DNA of 27,122 nt from an uncultured Myxococcales bacterium. GTDB taxonomy: Bacteria > Myxococcota > UBA727 > JABDBI01. The stretch is from assembly GCA_964602645.1 (NCBI GenBank), contig CAZRSD010000001.1:1-27122 (forward strand), in the 5' to 3' direction. Below, piece by piece: positions 24,956 to 27,122 of the stretch (position 1 is the stretch's first letter; the number at the start of each line of letters is the position of its first letter). The notes under the pieces are model-generated. The model worked only from the letters and a program-made list of their open reading frames with translations, was not told the DNA's origin and did no database searches. Both the position numbers and the translations under genes were made by a program.

Positions 24956-25411
24956 ATGAGCATTTTTGACGGCATCGAGCATGTCGCTGCCGAAGGCGCA
25001 TCTTTGCGTCGATATTTTGAGGAAGGCAATTACGTCGTCACCATTGAGTCTGTCTTTCTGTACGAACGCAGGCTGGGAGGAGGAAAACTCTTCATCGTCG
25101 AGAGTTCGGTCAACGAAAGCAATAACGCAAACATCAAGCCAGGTGAACAACGCAATTGGGTACAGTCTTTCGCTTTGCCCTCTGCCCTACCCCGAATCAA
25201 ATCATTCATTGGAGCTGCCATGGGATTTTGTCCCAGGCGTCAAATGAAAGAGATCAATGATAAAATAACCGCCGCGGTCTGCAACGACTCAATCGGCCCT
25301 GCCAATCCTCTACGAGGACAAAAATTGCATCTCATTTGTACGAGCAAGATCACGCGCAGCGGTAAAGAATTTATTCAACATACTTGGGGTCCCTATGACC
25401 AAGCGAGATAA
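24956..25411 (+). CDS. Phage protein, putative single-stranded DNA-binding protein (DUF669-like)
   Basis: MSIFDGI start, YFEEGNYVVTIESV beta-rich pattern, adjacent to the exonuclease; RBS GGGGG. Function inferred mainly from context. Confidence 0.5.
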   Translation: MSIFDGIEHVAAEGASLRRYFEEGNYVVTIESVFLYERRLGGGKLFIVESSVNESNNANIKPGEQRNWVQSFALPSALPRIKSFIGAAMGFCPRRQMKEINDKITAAVCNDSIGPANPLRGQKLHLICTSKITRSGKEFIQHTWGPYDQAR

Positions 25412-25982
25412 CGCTTTCCTATACAGAGATATTCTGACCATTGATCCTGGCTACAGCCATGAAAACGGCACTGGCTACGCGATATTCGACGACAAAACCT
25501 TGCGACTGAAAACGTGCGGCGTTATTCGTCCTTTCGCTGCTGGAATGGAAAATCACGCTTCGACTATCGAAATCGCCGACAAAATCAGACGTGTCTGGGA
25601 AAAGGAAATCGGATTTAGCTACGATCCTAAAATTCTCTGTATTGAACATCCCCTCGCCTGTTTCACTCGCCAAGGCGTTCGCGTCAATTCTAAATCCATC
25701 ATCATGCTTGCCATTCTCTGCACGCGCATCGAGGAACGGTTTTCCGCAAAGACATTATTAAGGCCCTATCCTCATGTTTGGAAAAAGCGCCAAAACAAAG
25801 AACAGACCAAAGCCTTCGTTCTCGAGACACTCGGCGAATGGAGCCGCAAAACCCTCTACGAAGGACTCGTCGATGTCATGCCTAGCATTCAGCACAATAT
25901 CTTCGATGCCGTAGGCTTAGGTTTGTGGGCGATGGATGAGACAAATCACGAGCCCAAACTTCAGAAAAATGGACGCAAATAA
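25395..25982 (+). CDS. RuvC-like Holliday junction resolvase
   Basis: ILTIDPG...TGYAIFD (D1), ILCIEHP (E2), HNIFDAVGLGLW (C-terminal D). Confidence 0.82.
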   Translation: MTKRDNAFLYRDILTIDPGYSHENGTGYAIFDDKTLRLKTCGVIRPFAAGMENHASTIEIADKIRRVWEKEIGFSYDPKILCIEHPLACFTRQGVRVNSKSIIMLAILCTRIEERFSAKTLLRPYPHVWKKRQNKEQTKAFVLETLGEWSRKTLYEGLVDVMPSIQHNIFDAVGLGLWAMDETNHEPKLQKNGRK

Positions 25983-26029
25983 AGAACGACGGGAATAGTC
26001 AAAACCCTTCATCTCGTGGAGAGAGCATT

Positions 26030-26482
26030 GTGTCTGATTTCTTGGAAAAGACCTATTCGAAAATTTTATCCATAACGCTCATGCACTTTGCAAAACCCAT
26101 CTCGACGGCCGCTATATTCGAAGAGGGCGCTCACCGCTTGGAAACATCGAGATGCTTCCAAGCATCGGGCCCTATCGAATTGGCTCATGCCATGCGTCAA
26201 TTTTGGGACGAACACATAAACCACAAATGCGAACCCAAAGTGCTCTGCATTAATCATCATGCGGCCTTTGGAGATCATCACAAAGCACTCTTAATGTTTG
26301 GCATAGTTGGTGCCACGATTGAAGAACAATTCAAAGCTCAGCTGCTGATTAGGACAAAACAAAAATTTACCAACGAGCAACATGGAACACGCGTGTTCCA
26401 AAGGTTCACTCACCCGCCATGTCATGCGCCAGAAACTAATTTTTTTCCGGCAGAAACTATGTTGTCGTCGTCAAAACACTAA
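26030..26482 (+). CDS. Catalytically inactive paralogue of the upstream RuvC-like protein
   Basis: Aligns collinearly by eye with the upstream gene, but D1 becomes T, E2 becomes N and the C-terminal DA motif is absent; GTG start with GGAGAG RBS. Confidence 0.7.
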   Translation: MSDFLEKTYSKILSITLMHFAKPISTAAIFEEGAHRLETSRCFQASGPIELAHAMRQFWDEHINHKCEPKVLCINHHAAFGDHHKALLMFGIVGATIEEQFKAQLLIRTKQKFTNEQHGTRVFQRFTHPPCHAPETNFFPAETMLSSSKH

Positions 26483-26511
26483 CAAAGTTGCCGTAAAATT
26501 TCTGTTACTTA

Positions 26512-26556
26512 TTTGACTACAGTTAAAATCAAGTACACACTTAGTGTTAAGTCAAA
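26512..26556. repeat. Nested inverted repeats upstream of parA
   Basis: TTTGACT (26512-26518) and AGTCAAA (26550-26556) enclose ACACT-t-AGTGT (26537-26547). Possible operator or parS-like site. Confidence 0.35.
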
Positions 26557-26574
26557 CAAAACCAAGAGGCAACC

Positions 26575-27122
26575 ATGACAACATCGATTATTACCGTCGC
26601 CAACCAAAAGGGAGGTGTTGCTAAAACCACTTCGGTTTGCAACCTCGCCGCTTCATACGCACTAAATGGCAACAACGTTTTGGTAGTCGATTTGGACTAC
26701 CAGTTTAACTTGACCTCGCTATTCGACGTCTCCAAGGAAGAAGCTGAAAGAAAATCAATTGCCCACGTGATTGCAGACGATGCAAAGTTAGACGAATTAA
26801 TCGTTAAAACCAAAACCGAAAATATCGATATCGTCCCCTGCACCCGAAGACTCAATGATTTGAGAGATAAAATCAGCAGTGAAGTAAATCAATTTCACTT
26901 TCTGAAGGATTTCTTAGAACACGAAGCGATCAACAACTATGAAATTGTTTTGATCGATACGCATCCGTCGATCGATCTCTTCTTCAAAGCAGCACTGGTG
27001 GCAAGCCATTACTATTTGATCCCCCTCTTTGCCGAAGCTGATTCCTGTCGAGGCCTGGCTCACCAAATCGAAGAAGCTGAAAAAGTGAGCAAGTATTTTA
27101 ATCCCATGCTCACGCTTCTAGG
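26575..27122 (+). CDS. parA: ParA/Soj-family ATPase (3' end outside the window)
   Basis: Translated by hand: MTTSIITVANQKGGVAKTTSVCNLA...VLVVDLDYQFNLT...IVLIDTHPS. RBS AAGAGG. Absent from the ORF track because it has no stop in the window. Confidence 0.93.
   Translation, partial: MTTSIITVANQKGGVAKTTSVCNLAASYALNGNNVLVVDLDYQFNLTSLFDVSKEEAERKSIAHVIADDAKLDELIVKTKTENIDIVPCTRRLNDLRDKISSEVNQFHFLKDFLEHEAINNYEIVLIDTHPSIDLFFKAALVASHYYLIPLFAEADSCRGLAHQIEEAEKVSKYFNPMLTLL

Larger units (their letters stand above)
1..27122. mobile_element. Temperate myovirus-type prophage or phage-plasmid segment; both ends lie outside the window
   Basis: Syntenic terminase-portal-head-neck-sheath-tube-TMP-baseplate cluster, CI-like repressor with a divergent recombination operon, and ParA. 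No integrase or att site is visible. Confidence 0.95.

Noticed and set aside
25395-25982. TnpB/Cas12-like or transposase RuvC domain
   Set aside because: Only 195 aa, no zinc finger or HTH, no IS ends; the compact layout fits a resolvase.
498-26281. Numerous short alternative-frame and antisense ORFs in the track (for example 1044-1313, 3569-3862, 5333-5617, 16335-16736, 17993-18349, 18433-18636, 24590-24841)
   Set aside because: They lie inside well-supported genes or regulatory DNA, and show no recognisable motifs or ribosome-binding sites. The exception is 9886-10173, kept as the frameshift extension.
1-27122. tRNA, rRNA, CRISPR arrays, diversity-generating retroelement, intrinsic terminators
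   Set aside because: None recognised by eye: no reverse transcriptase, no long repeats and no convincing GC hairpin plus U-tract. tRNAscan-SE, Infernal and a terminator predictor would be needed to exclude them formally.

Overview
The window is a contiguous piece of a temperate contractile-tailed (myovirus-type) phage, prophage or phage-plasmid. Bases 7-17932 hold an almost complete virion module on the + strand: TerL, DUF1073 portal, gp7/MuF, DUF2213 protease-scaffold, decoration protein, DUF2184 capsid, neck, DUF3383 sheath, DUF3277 tube, a frameshifted chaperone, tape measure, baseplate and a very short fibre-like protein. Two antisense cassettes interrupt it (RelE/Gp49-HigA toxin-antitoxin; pRiA4b ORF-3 plus a basic protein) and a HicAB toxin-antitoxin pair follows it. 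The most unusual part is a three-gene operon at 18712-23025: (1) a sodium:solute symporter (SLC5) fused to a CqsS/LqsS-like six-TM sensor and a histidine kinase, (2) a Legionella LqsR-like response regulator, and (3) a small-molecule SAM methyltransferase. This operon abuts a CI-like repressor whose S24 autocleavage residues appear lost. Two 17-bp operators separate the repressor from a divergent early operon: a Cas4-like PD-(D/E)XK nuclease, an SSB-like protein, RuvC and a catalytically dead RuvC paralogue, followed by a partial ParA. Family assignments come from motif recognition and recalled consensus sequences. No database search was run and the host cannot be determined from this window.
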